A stretch of DNA of 64,000 nucleotides from Gammaproteobacteria bacterium (lineage in GTDB: Bacteria; Pseudomonadota; Gammaproteobacteria; JAPPPA01). Positions 44,360 to 55,591 of this stretch are shown piece by piece. Position numbers and translations under genes: made by a program. Position 1 is the first letter of the stretch, and the number at the start of each line of letters is the position of its first letter. The DNA is taken from assembly GCA_030425645.1 (NCBI GenBank), contig JAUHZK010000007.1, positions 91,116-155,115 on the forward strand. Direction: 5' to 3'. Under the pieces are notes generated by a model that was not told the origin of the DNA, did not search any database, and saw nothing but the letters and a program-made list of their open reading frames with translations.

Positions 44360-47233
44360 TTATGCTTTCTTCTTGGTGGTTTTTTTGCTGGTTTTTGCTG
44401 CCGCACTGGCACCTAAGCCCAGCGCATCACTAACCAGTTGTTGTTGCTCTTGCACATGCAAACTGTGATAGCCCGCAGCGGTAGATGCTGCCCCTTTACG
44501 CCCGGCGTAATCCAAGCTTTGACCTTTTAGTAAGCCACTCGTTAAACGGTGGCGAATTTGATACCAGGCGCCTTGGTTTTGCGGCTCTTCCTGGCACCAA
44601 ATGATTTCCTTAGCCTTGCTCCAATGCCCCAGCACTTTTGCGTATTCCTCTTCTGGGAATGGGTAGAGCTGTTCTAGGCGAACAATCGCAACGTCGTCGA
44701 TATTTTCCTCACGACGTTTTTCGAGAAGGTCGAAATAAACCTTGCCAGAACACACCACTACGCGTTTGACCTTAGTAGCCGAGAGTTCATCAATTTCCTG
44801 AATCACCGGCTGGAAGCGACCGCCTACCAAATCTTCTAAGGAAGACGTCGACAGACGATGGCGCAGCAACGACTTAGGTGTCATCACGACTAGCGGTTTG
44901 CGGAAGCTACGTAACATTTGCCGACGAATCATATGGAACTGTTGCGCCGGTGTAGATGGCACACAGACTTGAATATTGTGTTCCGCACAAAGCTGCAAAT
45001 AGCGTTCTAAACGTGCCGAGGAGTGCTCCGGCCCTTGACCTTCATAACCATGCGGCAAGAACATCGACAAGCCACATAGGCGGCCCCACTTAGCCTCACC
45101 AGCGGCAATAAATTGATCGATGACTACTTGAGCGCCGTTGGCAAAATCACCGAACTGAGCTTCCCAAATCACCATAGTTTCGGGCTCAGCGGTGGCATAG
45201 CCGTATTCAAAGCCTAGTACCGCTTCCTCTGACAGCAGCGAGTCAATAACCACAAAGTCATCGTGCTCATGCACATTCTGCAACGGCACTAGGTTGCTGC
45301 CATCATTTTGATTGTGGAAAACCGCATGGCGGTGGAAGAAGGTACCGCGGCCAGCGTCCTGACCACATAAACGGATCTTGTTCCCGCCATCAATCAACCC
45401 AGCGTAGGCCATGGTCTCGGCAAAACCCCAGTCAATGGGCATGCCGCCGGCGGCCATTTTCTTGCGATTAGCAACGATTTGCTTAACCCGAGAATGCAAA
45501 CCAAATCCTTCCGGTACCGTAGTGATGGTATCGGCATAGCTGCGAATTTTATCTAGCGTTAAGCCGGTATCGACGTCCTCGTCCCATCCAGCGCGGTTGT
45601 ATTTACTCCAATCAACGGTGTGTTTGTTGCCAACCAAACCTAGGGTTTTAACGGCTATATTTTTGCCGGCGTCTAGACCGTCACGGTATTCGGCAATCAT
45701 TTGCGCGTCTTCAGACGCTGATAAAACACCTTCTTGTTGCAGGCGCTTACCGTATAGCGTGCGGGTGGTATCCCGGTCACTAATAATTTTGTACATACGC
45801 GGCTGCGTGGCACGCGGTTCGTCGGCCTCATTGTGTCCATGGCGGCGATAACAAACGAGGTCAATAAAGACGTCTTTTTTGAATTCAGTGCGATAGTCCA
45901 TCGCAATCTGCGTCACATAGGCTACCGCCTCAGGATCATCACCATTAACGTGAAACACTGGGCAACCAGCAAACTTAGCGACATCTGAACAATACTCGGT
46001 AGAACGCGTATCGTCGGGGCGGCTGGTAGTAAAGCCGACTTGGTTGTTAATGATGATATGCAAGGTGCCGCCAGTTTTAAAACCACGCACCTGTGATAGT
46101 TGCAGCGTTTCAAAGACCACGCCCTGTCCAGCGACCGCCGAATCACCATGCACTACGATAGGCAGAATGGTTTTGCCGTCACGATCTTTACGGCGGTCTT
46201 GACGAGCCCTAACAGACCCCTCCACCACTGGATTTACGATTTCCAAATGCGAAGGGTTAAAGGCCAGCACCAAATGCATTTGCTGCTCTTCGACTTCAAC
46301 GTCTGTAGAAAAGCCCATGTGGTACTTAACGTCACCCGAACCGCCGATTTTCTCATCTTGATCGAGCTTGCCTTCAAACTCTTTGAACAACATCGCTGGC
46401 GATTTACCCATCACGTTCACGAGCACATTTAAACGCCCACGGTGAGCCATGCCGATCACCACTTCTTCAACGTGATGACGACCCGCTTGTGCAATGGCGG
46501 CATTCATACTGGTAATAAAGCTTTCGCCACCCTCGAGAGAGAAGCGTTTTTGGCCTACATATTTGGTATGCAGGTATTTCTCAATACCCTCTGCCGCAGT
46601 TAAACCACGCAATAACTCTTTACGTTGGTCAGCGCTAAAATGCTGCTGCCCAAACTCGCCTTCCAAACGCCCCTGAATCCAACGTTTTTCGCGAGTATCA
46701 GTAATATGCATGTACTCAGCGCCAATGGTGCCGGTGTACACGCCACGTACAAAATCAATAATCTCAGCTAAGGTCATCTGGTCAGCAGCAGCCAGAGAAC
46801 CAGTGTTAAAGGTTGTTTCTAAATCAGTGCTCGTTAGACCGTGAAACGCTGGGTCTAAATCAGCCACTGGAGAGCGGTCACGAAAACCCAAAGGGTCGAT
46901 ATGCGCATTTTGATGTCCGCGTACACGGTAAGCATTAATTAAGCGCAAAACCGAGGCTTGCTTTTCGGCCGCCTCAGGCGCTAACGCATGACTGCCCTGA
47001 TAACCGGCATGCAGCTTATTGATCGCCTGCTGACGGAAAGTTTTTTGAATGGGCGAATGCGCGACATCCGCGCGCCCCGTTTCATTGCCACCCAGCGAGT
47101 TAAAGTAGTCCCGCCATTCCGGTGGCACTGCGTCCGGGTTATGTAGGTACTGCTCATAAAACGCTTCAATATAGGGCGCGTTGCTACTATAAAGGTGCGC
47201 GGTTTGTTGGCGACGCTGCAAATCTGCTGACAT
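44360..47233 (-). CDS. sucA: 2-oxoglutarate dehydrogenase E1
   Basis: GQKRFSLEG, GMAHRGRLN, GHNEADEP, HGYEGQGPEHSSAR. Start moved to ATG 47233. Confidence 0.97.
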   Translation of the reverse strand: MSADLQRRQQTAHLYSSNAPYIEAFYEQYLHNPDAVPPEWRDYFNSLGGNETGRADVAHSPIQKTFRQQAINKLHAGYQGSHALAPEAAEKQASVLRLINAYRVRGHQNAHIDPLGFRDRSPVADLDPAFHGLTSTDLETTFNTGSLAAADQMTLAEIIDFVRGVYTGTIGAEYMHITDTREKRWIQGRLEGEFGQQHFSADQRKELLRGLTAAEGIEKYLHTKYVGQKRFSLEGGESFITSMNAAIAQAGRHHVEEVVIGMAHRGRLNVLVNVMGKSPAMLFKEFEGKLDQDEKIGGSGDVKYHMGFSTDVEVEEQQMHLVLAFNPSHLEIVNPVVEGSVRARQDRRKDRDGKTILPIVVHGDSAVAGQGVVFETLQLSQVRGFKTGGTLHIIINNQVGFTTSRPDDTRSTEYCSDVAKFAGCPVFHVNGDDPEAVAYVTQIAMDYRTEFKKDVFIDLVCYRRHGHNEADEPRATQPRMYKIISDRDTTRTLYGKRLQQEGVLSASEDAQMIAEYRDGLDAGKNIAVKTLGLVGNKHTVDWSKYNRAGWDEDVDTGLTLDKIRSYADTITTVPEGFGLHSRVKQIVANRKKMAAGGMPIDWGFAETMAYAGLIDGGNKIRLCGQDAGRGTFFHRHAVFHNQNDGSNLVPLQNVHEHDDFVVIDSLLSEEAVLGFEYGYATAEPETMVIWEAQFGDFANGAQVVIDQFIAAGEAKWGRLCGLSMFLPHGYEGQGPEHSSARLERYLQLCAEHNIQVCVPSTPAQQFHMIRRQMLRSFRKPLVVMTPKSLLRHRLSTSSLEDLVGGRFQPVIQEIDELSATKVKRVVVCSGKVYFDLLEKRREENIDDVAIVRLEQLYPFPEEEYAKVLGHWSKAKEIIWCQEEPQNQGAWYQIRHRLTSGLLKGQSLDYAGRKGAASTAAGYHSLHVQEQQQLVSDALGLGASAAAKTSKKTTKKKA

Positions 47234-47590
47234 TTGCCTGTTTCCTGTCAGTGTTGTTCTTTTCTCGGCCCATTGCTGGGAAAACCTCCTGCGACCTGCA
47301 GAAGCCAAGCTGCCTTATAGCAAGTTCCAAGCCAACCTTCGCGGTCTTGCCTCACGGCCCTCCAAGCACGAAACTCACTAGCTAGAGTCTACTCTTGGTC
47401 AGGCGTCGTGCAAACCACTAATACGGCAATATGGCATTGAGGTTCAGTTAATACCGGAAGAGTTGACGGAATGGCTCGTTGACTAGCGCTTACTAGCCGC
47501 AGTTAGCACTAATGACTATAAAAATTTGATTTAGTGCCTAATGGCAGGCCGCGCAGTCAACGACACCCCAAAACGCTGCCCAACGCCGCA

Positions 47591-48271
47591 CTATTGAGCT
47601 TGCTCGGCGAGCCAATCATCCAAACAGAAAACACCCGCATCATTGCCCCGCCATAGGCCACAATCGGTATACACCACGTTACCAACAACGGTGGGGCGGT
47701 CGACCGGTGAATGCCCCACAAAAACCCAGTCCACTCCAGCAACAGGTTGCACTTGGCTTGCCGACAAACCGCTGCCAATCACAGCCTTCCAACGCCAGCG
47801 AGACCACAACGCCATCTCACGAGCATCGGCGTCACCAGCCTGCAACTGGGCACAATAATCATCCCAACTTAGGCCTTCATAAATATCGGCATGAACAATG
47901 CCAATACGTTGCCCTTGGCAAGTGAATGTGCGTGCATAGGGAAGGCTATCGAGCCCATTAGCCACTTGTGTTTGCTGCTGAGCAGACAGGCGGAACCACC
48001 AGTCGCCATTCAGCGAACGCAATAACGCCGTGTTTTTTTCATCGCTTGGATTAGCGTGAGCTTGCAACACAATATGCTCATGATTGCCACGCACTGGTTT
48101 AAACCACGGTTTTTGCAACCATTCAGCCACATAGCAAGACTCTTCGCCACGATTAACCAAGTCCCCTAGCGAATAGACAACATCCTTGCTTGGATCGAAG
48201 TTTAGCGCCTGCAACCGCCGCCAAAGGCGCGAGAAGCTGCCATGTATGTCGGCCGATATATAAGTCGCCAT
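47591..48271 (-). CDS. Calcineurin-like metallophosphoesterase (PphA/ApaH-like)
   Basis: DIHG, GDLVNRG, RGNHE, VHA and VGH motifs. Confidence 0.85.
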   Translation of the reverse strand: MATYISADIHGSFSRLWRRLQALNFDPSKDVVYSLGDLVNRGEESCYVAEWLQKPWFKPVRGNHEHIVLQAHANPSDEKNTALLRSLNGDWWFRLSAQQQTQVANGLDSLPYARTFTCQGQRIGIVHADIYEGLSWDDYCAQLQAGDADAREMALWSRWRWKAVIGSGLSASQVQPVAGVDWVFVGHSPVDRPTVVGNVVYTDCGLWRGNDAGVFCLDDWLAEQAQ

Positions 48272-48328
48272 GGCTTATCGGTTTAGCTCTTTCAAAGTCA
48301 TTGCATTAAGCCTACCGCAAGCGGACAA

Positions 48329-49726
48329 CTAGTAGGCATTGGTCTGATTCCAAGCTCTAAACGCCGTTTTTAGGATGATCTTAAAGTCCAACCAAAGCGA
48401 CCAGTGCTCAATATAGTAGAGGTCGTACTCAATGCGCTTCTTAAGCTTTTCGTCGGTATCAATTTCACCGCGATAGCCGTTCACCTGAGCCCAACCGGTA
48501 ACGCCGGGTTTAACCTTGTAACGGTAGCTCCAGTTTGGCGCCACTGCTTCAAACTGCTGCCGCTGAGAAATTGGGTGCGGGCGCGGCCCAACAATGGACA
48601 TACGCCCCTGCAGCACATTGAGAAACTGCGGCAGCTCGTCAAGGCTGGTATTGCGCAGGAAGCGCCCGACCTTGGTGACTCGCATATCACCCCGCGTGGC
48701 CGCTTCAATAACACCATCGCGCTCTTTATGCTCAACCATAGTGCGGAATTTATAGACCTTAATACTACGGCCATTCCAGCCATGCCGGACCTGCTTAAAA
48801 ATAGCTGGGCCAGGCGAGTCTAACTTTACCGCCAAGGCGATCAACAGGCCTAACGGCAACAGCGCCAACACCAGCATCAAGGCTAAAAGCCTATCCTCAG
48901 CCGCCTTAGCCACGGCCCGATGACCCACCAACGGGTTTTTCTGCATATGTAGAACCGGCATACCAGCAACAATACGCATACTTTTTTGTACCAGCTCAAC
49001 GCCAATAAAGTCAGGCACCCAATACACTTGGGTTGAAAAGGTTTCTAAAGAACGTTGCAAATCACGGACTTTTTCAAAGTCTTGAGCGGGGCGCGCGATC
49101 CATACTTGATCCACATCCGCCGTAGACAACAATTGGTTCAGCGAATCCGCCAGCTCGGCCTCATTCATCGAGTCAACATCAAACTCGGCCACCAGCTCAA
49201 AACCGGATTCCAATGAACGCTCGACACCCGCTTTTACCGAAGCCATACCGCTGGCCGTGCCCACCAATACTAGGTAACGACGATTACGGCCTGTACGCCG
49301 TAACCACGCCAACACGCTCCGCACCAGCAATCGGCTCGTCAACATAAAGCCAACGGACAACAGGAAAGAGCTTCCCACCCATACCCGTGAGTAGGACGCG
49401 CCAGACTTGGTAAATAGAGCTAATAACGCAAACGCGCCATAAAGGGTACAGAGCGCCAACAACAACCGCCCAAGCTCAGGCCAAACAGACTCGCCACGCC
49501 GAGGCCGATACAAACCGAAACGCGCAAACCAAGCAGGCACCACCAACGGCATCACCAAAAACATTAGGCGATATTGCAGGCCTGACTCGGAATCAAAACC
49601 CAAATACGCCCAATAGGCAATGAGTGCCGCAGCCACCGCGGAAATAACGTCTACCAACGGCAACGCATAGGTAATTTGCTTATCAAACTGGCGTAGAAAG
49701 CCACTGCGCATAGCGCTCGTCTCCAA
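48329..49726 (-). CDS. Undecaprenyl-phosphate sugar phosphotransferase (WcaJ-like priming glycosyltransferase)
   Basis: N-terminal TMs, [45 protein letters not shown]. Confidence 0.92.
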   Translation of the reverse strand: METSAMRSGFLRQFDKQITYALPLVDVISAVAAALIAYWAYLGFDSESGLQYRLMFLVMPLVVPAWFARFGLYRPRRGESVWPELGRLLLALCTLYGAFALLALFTKSGASYSRVWVGSSFLLSVGFMLTSRLLVRSVLAWLRRTGRNRRYLVLVGTASGMASVKAGVERSLESGFELVAEFDVDSMNEAELADSLNQLLSTADVDQVWIARPAQDFEKVRDLQRSLETFSTQVYWVPDFIGVELVQKSMRIVAGMPVLHMQKNPLVGHRAVAKAAEDRLLALMLVLALLPLGLLIALAVKLDSPGPAIFKQVRHGWNGRSIKVYKFRTMVEHKERDGVIEAATRGDMRVTKVGRFLRNTSLDELPQFLNVLQGRMSIVGPRPHPISQRQQFEAVAPNWSYRYKVKPGVTGWAQVNGYRGEIDTDEKLKKRIEYDLYYIEHWSLWLDFKIILKTAFRAWNQTNAY

Positions 49727-49868
49727 TACACATCACTGACACCTCACCTTTCTTCGCGAGTGCATGCAGTGGTTCTTCGGTTCTACTATTTTATGTTGAC
49801 TCGAAAGAGTCGCGACCGATTATACTGATGACCTTCCCTTTACAGCATTTATTATTAGACAACATAAG

Positions 49869-50996
49869 ATGACAAACAACAAAGTAGCGCTAATAACCGG
49901 CATTACCGGTCAAGATGGCTCTTATTTAGCGGAACTACTACTGGAGAAAGGCTACGAGGTTCACGGTATTAAGCGTCGCTCCTCTCAATTCAACACCCAA
50001 CGTATTGACCATATTTATCAAGACCCTCATCTTGACGATAAGAATCTACACCTGCATTACGGCGACTTGTCGGACAGCTCAAACCTAACCCGCATTCTCG
50101 CCGAAGTACAACCTGATGAGGTCTACAACCTAGCGGCACAATCACATGTCGCCGTTAGCTTTGAAAGCCCTGAATACACCGCTGATGTCGACGCGCTTGG
50201 CACCTTGCGCCTATTGGAAGCAATCCGTTTTCTAGGCTTGGTAGACAAAACACGTTTTTATCAAGCCTCAACATCCGAACTATACGGCCTAGTACAAGAA
50301 GTACCGCAGAAAGAAACCACACCGTTTTATCCGCGCTCACCCTACGCCGTTGCCAAAATGTACGCCTATTGGATCTGCGTGAATTACCGCGAAGCCTATG
50401 GCATGTATACCTGTAACGGCATTCTGTTTAACCACGAATCGCCGCGTCGCGGAGAAACGTTTGTAACCCGAAAAATTACGCGAGGCCTAGCCAATATTGC
50501 GCAAGGCTTAGAAGGCTGTCTCTATTTAGGCAACCTCAACGCGTTACGTGACTGGGGCCATGCTAAAGATTACGTACAAATGCAGTGGCTAATGCTGCAG
50601 CAAGACAAACCACAGGACTTTGTTATCGCCACCGGCGAGCAATATAGTGTGCGTGATTTCGTCAATATGTCAGCCGCGGCGCTGGGGCTAACTCTAACTT
50701 GGCATGGCAGCGAAAAGAACGAATACGCCACCGTCGAAGAGATCAGTGGTGACGATGCGCCGGCACTAGAAAAAGGCCAAGTCATAGTGCGCGTAGATCC
50801 GCGTTACTACCGACCAACAGAAGTAGAGACCCTACTCGGCGACCCTAGCAAAGCCAAACGTGAGCTTGGCTGGACACCCACTACCAGCACTGCAGAAATG
50901 ACACGAGAAATGGTGGCGGCCGATTTAGCTAAGGCCAAGCAAAACGCGCTACTTACAGCACATGGCTACGCGCCAGATCACACCGTAGAGCACTAA
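49869..50996 (+). CDS. gmd: GDP-mannose 4,6-dehydratase
   Basis: [50 protein letters not shown]. Confidence 0.97.
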   Translation: MTNNKVALITGITGQDGSYLAELLLEKGYEVHGIKRRSSQFNTQRIDHIYQDPHLDDKNLHLHYGDLSDSSNLTRILAEVQPDEVYNLAAQSHVAVSFESPEYTADVDALGTLRLLEAIRFLGLVDKTRFYQASTSELYGLVQEVPQKETTPFYPRSPYAVAKMYAYWICVNYREAYGMYTCNGILFNHESPRRGETFVTRKITRGLANIAQGLEGCLYLGNLNALRDWGHAKDYVQMQWLMLQQDKPQDFVIATGEQYSVRDFVNMSAAALGLTLTWHGSEKNEYATVEEISGDDAPALEKGQVIVRVDPRYYRPTEVETLLGDPSKAKRELGWTPTTSTAEMTREMVAADLAKAKQNALLTAHGYAPDHTVEH

Positions 50997-51000
50997 AAAT

Positions 51001-51024
51001 TTGGCCCGCCGAAAGGCGGGCCAA
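51001..51024. terminator. Hairpin between convergent gmd and epimerase genes
   Basis: TTGGCCCGCC-GAAA-GGCGGGCCAA. Confidence 0.65.
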
Positions 51025-51041
51025 TAAACATCGGGCCGGAG

Positions 51042-52091
51042 CTAGGCTTCGCGCCAAGCCTGCCAAATTTCAGTAAAGATATCTTCTAGCGACTTGCTCA
51101 ACTCCCACTCAGGGTAGTGAGCTTTGATCTTGCTTAAATCTGAGATATAGCAAATGTGATCGCCAATGCGGTTGGTTTCGTCGTAGTCATATTCCATCGG
51201 TACGCCGGAGATGGTCTCAATCAACTTGAACGACTCTAGAATAGAAATTGAGTTGTCGCGCCCACCACCTAAGTTGTAGACCTCTGCCACCCGCGGCGCC
51301 GCAATAAAGGCATCAATAAAACTCGCAACGTCATAGGCGTGAATATTGTCACGGACCTGTTTGCCCTTGTAACCAAACACGGTGTATTTGCGCCGCTGCA
51401 CATTACATTTAATTAGATAACTCAAGAAACCATGCAACTCAACGCCGCTATGGTTGGGGCCAGTTAAACAGCCACCACGCAAGCAGCAGGTTGGCATACC
51501 AAAGTAGCGCCCATACTCCTGTACCAGCACATCACCAGCCAGCTTAGAAGCGCCAAACAAGGAATGCGTGCACTGGTCAACAGAGAAGTCCTCACGAATG
51601 CCGTTTTGGTAAGCCTCGTCGCCGTACTCCCAACGCGTGTCTAACTCCACTAGATTCAACGCATTAGGGCCATCGCCATAAACCTTATTGGTCGACATGT
51701 GCACAAACGGCGTTTCCGGATTATGCAAACGATTGGCTTCCAACAGGTTTAATGTGCCATTGGCATTAACATCAAAGTCGTCAAATGGACGCGACGCAGC
51801 CAGGTCATGACTCGGTTGCGCAGCGGTGTGCACAATGGCATCTGGCGCAATCGTAGCGACGGTTTCTAGGGCTTTACTGCGATCACGAATATCTAGCTCA
51901 ACATGCACAAAGCGCTCGCCGTAACGCTCGCTTAAACGATGTTGGTTTTTGCGCGTGTCGCCTTGGGGGCCAAAAAAGTCAGCCCGCATATTGTTATCTA
52001 CGCCATACACCGTCCAACCCTGATCACAGAAGTAAGCAACTACTTCGCTACCAATCAGGCCGCTAGACCCAGTGACTAAAATCTTTCTCAC
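51042..52091 (-). CDS. NAD-dependent nucleotide-sugar epimerase (CDP-paratose 2-epimerase-like)
   Basis: [41 protein letters not shown]. Confidence 0.8.
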   Translation of the reverse strand: MRKILVTGSSGLIGSEVVAYFCDQGWTVYGVDNNMRADFFGPQGDTRKNQHRLSERYGERFVHVELDIRDRSKALETVATIAPDAIVHTAAQPSHDLAASRPFDDFDVNANGTLNLLEANRLHNPETPFVHMSTNKVYGDGPNALNLVELDTRWEYGDEAYQNGIREDFSVDQCTHSLFGASKLAGDVLVQEYGRYFGMPTCCLRGGCLTGPNHSGVELHGFLSYLIKCNVQRRKYTVFGYKGKQVRDNIHAYDVASFIDAFIAAPRVAEVYNLGGGRDNSISILESFKLIETISGVPMEYDYDETNRIGDHICYISDLSKIKAHYPEWELSKSLEDIFTEIWQAWREA

Positions 52092-52127
52092 GTTCGCCTC
52101 TCAATATTCTAATTTGCTTCAGTCACG

Positions 52128-52880
52128 TTAACGCCGTCGCAACAATGCGAGCACGGCATACGCGATAAAGCGGCTATTACACACTAGGTAACGCCGCCAT
52201 AGGCGCCTAGGTTCTTTTATAAATCGGTGAAACCATTCCAGGCCAGCCACTTGCATCCAACGAGGCGCGGCTTTGATTTCACCTGCCACCAAGTCCAATG
52301 CGCCACCAACGCCAATCATCACGGCCTGTATCTGATGCTGCTGTCGAATCATCCACTTTTCTTGCCGCGGACAGCCAAGACCCACAAACAACACATCAGG
52401 CGCGGCGGCGTTAACATCGGCTGCAATCGCAGCCATGTCTGCATCGCTCTGCTCGGCAAATGAGCCCGGCTGGGCATAACTCAGTGTCAGATTGGGATAA
52501 TCTTTTTTTATCAACGCAACCAGCAGCGCCAACATTTCCGGGCGACCACCGTAAATACCTACGGAACGTCGATGACGATTAGCGTGATCCAGCACTCGTA
52601 AGGTTAAGCCGTGACCACGAACATGTTGAGCATGCTTGCGGCCCAACAAACGCAGCAGCCAAAACAGCGGCCGTCCGTCAGGCACTACCGCCATCGACTG
52701 ATTGATACCGGCCAATAAAGCCGGATCATCCTGACTTTCAACAAACAAATGCGTGGCAGAAACCACAACAAACCCACGCTCTCCGCGCTCGGCGCGGGCA
52801 AAGGCTTCTTCAGTCACGGCTTGAGGGGAAGTAGCGGCAACGTGAACACCGCGAATTTCACAAAAGTCGAATTCGGCCAT
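52128..52880 (-). CDS. WecB/TagA/CpsF glycosyltransferase (GT26)
   Basis: VPDGRP, FVGLGCPRQEKW, GVGG, GLEWFHR..EPRRLWRRY. Confidence 0.92.
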   Translation of the reverse strand: MAEFDFCEIRGVHVAATSPQAVTEEAFARAERGERGFVVVSATHLFVESQDDPALLAGINQSMAVVPDGRPLFWLLRLLGRKHAQHVRGHGLTLRVLDHANRHRRSVGIYGGRPEMLALLVALIKKDYPNLTLSYAQPGSFAEQSDADMAAIAADVNAAAPDVLFVGLGCPRQEKWMIRQQHQIQAVMIGVGGALDLVAGEIKAAPRWMQVAGLEWFHRFIKEPRRLWRRYLVCNSRFIAYAVLALLRRR

Positions 52881-53092
52881 TAATTTTTCTAATTATCCCG
52901 GGGCGAAAATTAAGGACTTGGACAGGCAGCCAAGGCTATCAATTACAGCGGCAAAGACTAACATAACTTACCGTCATAACTAGCCAATTCGTTAAGACAC
53001 TTGGCCGCTAGCGAGCTAGACTAGGCACTGAAATCAGAATTCAATAATGCCAATTGTTTGGTTCACAACCTGGCGCAGATATTTAGTCTCTT

Positions 53093-54139
53093 ATGCACCG
53101 CAGCCCCACTACCCAGCAAGCACTAATGATCGTCTCACGAGAGTTTGGAGACGGCTTGTTGGCACTACGCAGCATCGAATCTATTAGCGAGGCCAACCCC
53201 GAGATTAAATGGACTGTGTGGTGCCGCCCTAAAACTGCAGCACTGTTTAAACAACATCAGCATATTGATTGCGTGATCGAGAACGAATTCCCAATGGGAG
53301 CTAAATGGAACTTCGGCTTTCGCCAGGCTGTACAGCTATTGAAAAACATCGTTCGCATGCGCTTCCGACGGCGTTTTCTATTTTCTATGGATTTATTAGG
53401 AGACTTTCGAGAAGCCTCACTTGGTATTGCCACTAACGGCCGCCAACACTACAGCCCGAGCTGGAGCCAACAACACGAATTATCAGGGCTAATCCGGACA
53501 GCACCGCGCTGGATGCTTAGCAATGCTGTCCCGATGACGACGACAGGACAATCGGTCTACCAACAATACCAACAGCTAGCAACACAAGTATGCAACCAGC
53601 AAGGGCTGAGACCTCCTGTCAATATTGATTCGCAACCACAGCCCAACAGCAGTAAGCGTGTTGGCATCCACCCAACCGGCACCTGCCCTTCTAAGTCCTG
53701 GCCGCTTGAGCACTGGTTGAGCCTGATCGATCAACTCCACGAAAAGGGCTACCGCGTAGCCATCTTCGGCGCGCCAGCAGAACGGCCGCAGCTAGTGACC
53801 CAATTCTCACAACACGTAAACAGCGACGATATTATTACCGGCTCATTAGCCGAGTTTGAAGAAGCCACCGAGGGCTTAGATCTACTGGTCGGCTTGGACA
53901 GCTTCTCGGTGCATATGGCGTATCGCAAAGGCACGCCATCGGTGGTACTTAATAGTGCCAACTATCCACTACTGTGGACGCCACCCAATAGCGCTATCTG
54001 CCGCACAGAGGGCTTATGCAATATGCAACCCTGCCTGCACAAAGCACCCTGCGCCGACAGTGACGACGCCTATATATGCATGACCCAATTAAAGCCCGAA
54101 AAAGTACTGACTGAAACGCTGAAACAACTGAGCGGCTAG
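53093..54139 (+). CDS. Glycosyltransferase family 9 (heptosyltransferase-like)
   Basis: FGDGLL, IHPTG..SKSWP..W, VGLDSFSVHMA, C.PC. Confidence 0.8.
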   Translation: MHRSPTTQQALMIVSREFGDGLLALRSIESISEANPEIKWTVWCRPKTAALFKQHQHIDCVIENEFPMGAKWNFGFRQAVQLLKNIVRMRFRRRFLFSMDLLGDFREASLGIATNGRQHYSPSWSQQHELSGLIRTAPRWMLSNAVPMTTTGQSVYQQYQQLATQVCNQQGLRPPVNIDSQPQPNSSKRVGIHPTGTCPSKSWPLEHWLSLIDQLHEKGYRVAIFGAPAERPQLVTQFSQHVNSDDIITGSLAEFEEATEGLDLLVGLDSFSVHMAYRKGTPSVVLNSANYPLLWTPPNSAICRTEGLCNMQPCLHKAPCADSDDAYICMTQLKPEKVLTETLKQLSG

Positions 54140-54840
54140 AACTTAATCCTAGCGACGATGTTTGCGGCGCAAAACCGAGGGCCGAATTGTGGAAACAACA
54201 ACATGGCAGTCAGGCCCACTAATCCACGCAGCGGTAGTGTGCAGCAACGATAAAGACTGGTGGTTAACTTGCCCGCCCTTAGTGGCCGCGCCTCGCCTTT
54301 TAGGCTAACCAATTCAGCGCCAGCGGCCTCAACGTAGTAGCGAATTTTCTCGGCACCAATCGCATTAACATGAGTCGGGTCACCATTTTGATTGGGCAAG
54401 CCAATAGGAGAATCGCCATTAGGGAAACGCGCAAGAATCTCGCCATTAGGGCTTAATAGCGTAGACAGCAAAGCCAGCAGCTCACCAATCTGCTGATGGG
54501 TCATATGCTCAAACACATCAAATGCGACCACTAGATCAAAACTAGCAGGCTCTAGCTCGGCATAGCGCTCAACATTGCCCACATCAAAGCCGGCTTCACG
54601 CCCAATTGCCACCAACTCATCATTTAGCTCAATACCAACACATTGCCAACCCTGTTGTTTAGCAAACGACAAAAAGCCACCTCGGCCATAGCCGATCTCA
54701 AGCACGCGGGCACCGGTGGGCAATTTAAAACAAGCCATCTCCGCCTCGTAGCGACGAGCTTCTATAGCCGTTAGCAGTCCAAACTCATTGTCCTGCCAAG
54801 ACTTCCAGCTCATGTACTCTTGGCCAACTTGCTTTTCCAT
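54136..54840 (-). CDS. Class I SAM-dependent methyltransferase
   Basis: VLEIGYGRG, FDLVVAFDVFEH. Confidence 0.88.
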   Translation of the reverse strand: MEKQVGQEYMSWKSWQDNEFGLLTAIEARRYEAEMACFKLPTGARVLEIGYGRGGFLSFAKQQGWQCVGIELNDELVAIGREAGFDVGNVERYAELEPASFDLVVAFDVFEHMTHQQIGELLALLSTLLSPNGEILARFPNGDSPIGLPNQNGDPTHVNAIGAEKIRYYVEAAGAELVSLKGEARPLRAGKLTTSLYRCCTLPLRGLVGLTAMLLFPQFGPRFCAANIVARIKF

Positions 54841-54903
54841 TAAACCTTACCTAGCAATTCTTTACTGTTCTTGTACATACAGACGTCACTGGCTGCCTAT
54901 TGG

Positions 54904-55572
54904 CTATACCAACAAGCGACGGCCGGAATACATGGCGTGCGCCGTATAACCAAAACCAGCGAGTAATAACATCAACGCCAGCGCGACCGGAAAATCACGG
55001 AACAAGCATACCCAGAATAACAGCGCAGGCTTGTCGAACACCCCTGTCCCTAACTGGCGCACAATGCTTAAAAAGCCTGAGGTTTGGATACGCTCATCGG
55101 TACTACTACGCACCCGTGTCGAGGTGAAATGCAGAATCCCATGCCCCAGCATAAAAATCCAAAGCGCAGCCGCCACCAACATCACCGGCAAATCGGCAGA
55201 CCACAATTGATAAAAACAGACATAACCCAATGCACAGGTAATAGTGATGTCCGCCAAATTATCAAACCAAGCCCCCTGTTCCGAGCTTGTTTTCGTCGCC
55301 CTAGCGACTTGCCCATCGGCGCAATCCAACACATAGCCAAACTGCAAAATAATCAGGCTAATCACCGCGCTCGCCACCCCGGCCGGCGCGAGGCCATAAA
55401 ACAACAAACCCGACAACGACACCAGCAACGCCAACAGGGTAGTCATATTAGCGCTCACACCCCAGCGGCAAAAATAGTAAGCCACGTGCCCGGCCAAATA
55501 CTGCGAAATCCACCAAGTAACCGGCGGACCACCGGCGGCAAACTGACGTTTCAAAAAGGCTTCGCGGTTCAT
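54904..55572 (-). CDS. CDP-alcohol phosphatidyltransferase family protein
   Basis: ANMTT, LDCADGQVARAT..SS.QGAWFD..AD signature. Confidence 0.88.
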   Translation of the reverse strand: MNREAFLKRQFAAGGPPVTWWISQYLAGHVAYYFCRWGVSANMTTLLALLVSLSGLLFYGLAPAGVASAVISLIILQFGYVLDCADGQVARATKTSSEQGAWFDNLADITITCALGYVCFYQLWSADLPVMLVAAALWIFMLGHGILHFTSTRVRSSTDERIQTSGFLSIVRQLGTGVFDKPALLFWVCLFRDFPVALALMLLLAGFGYTAHAMYSGRRLLV

Positions 55573-55591
55573 TAACTACCTCGGTTACGGA

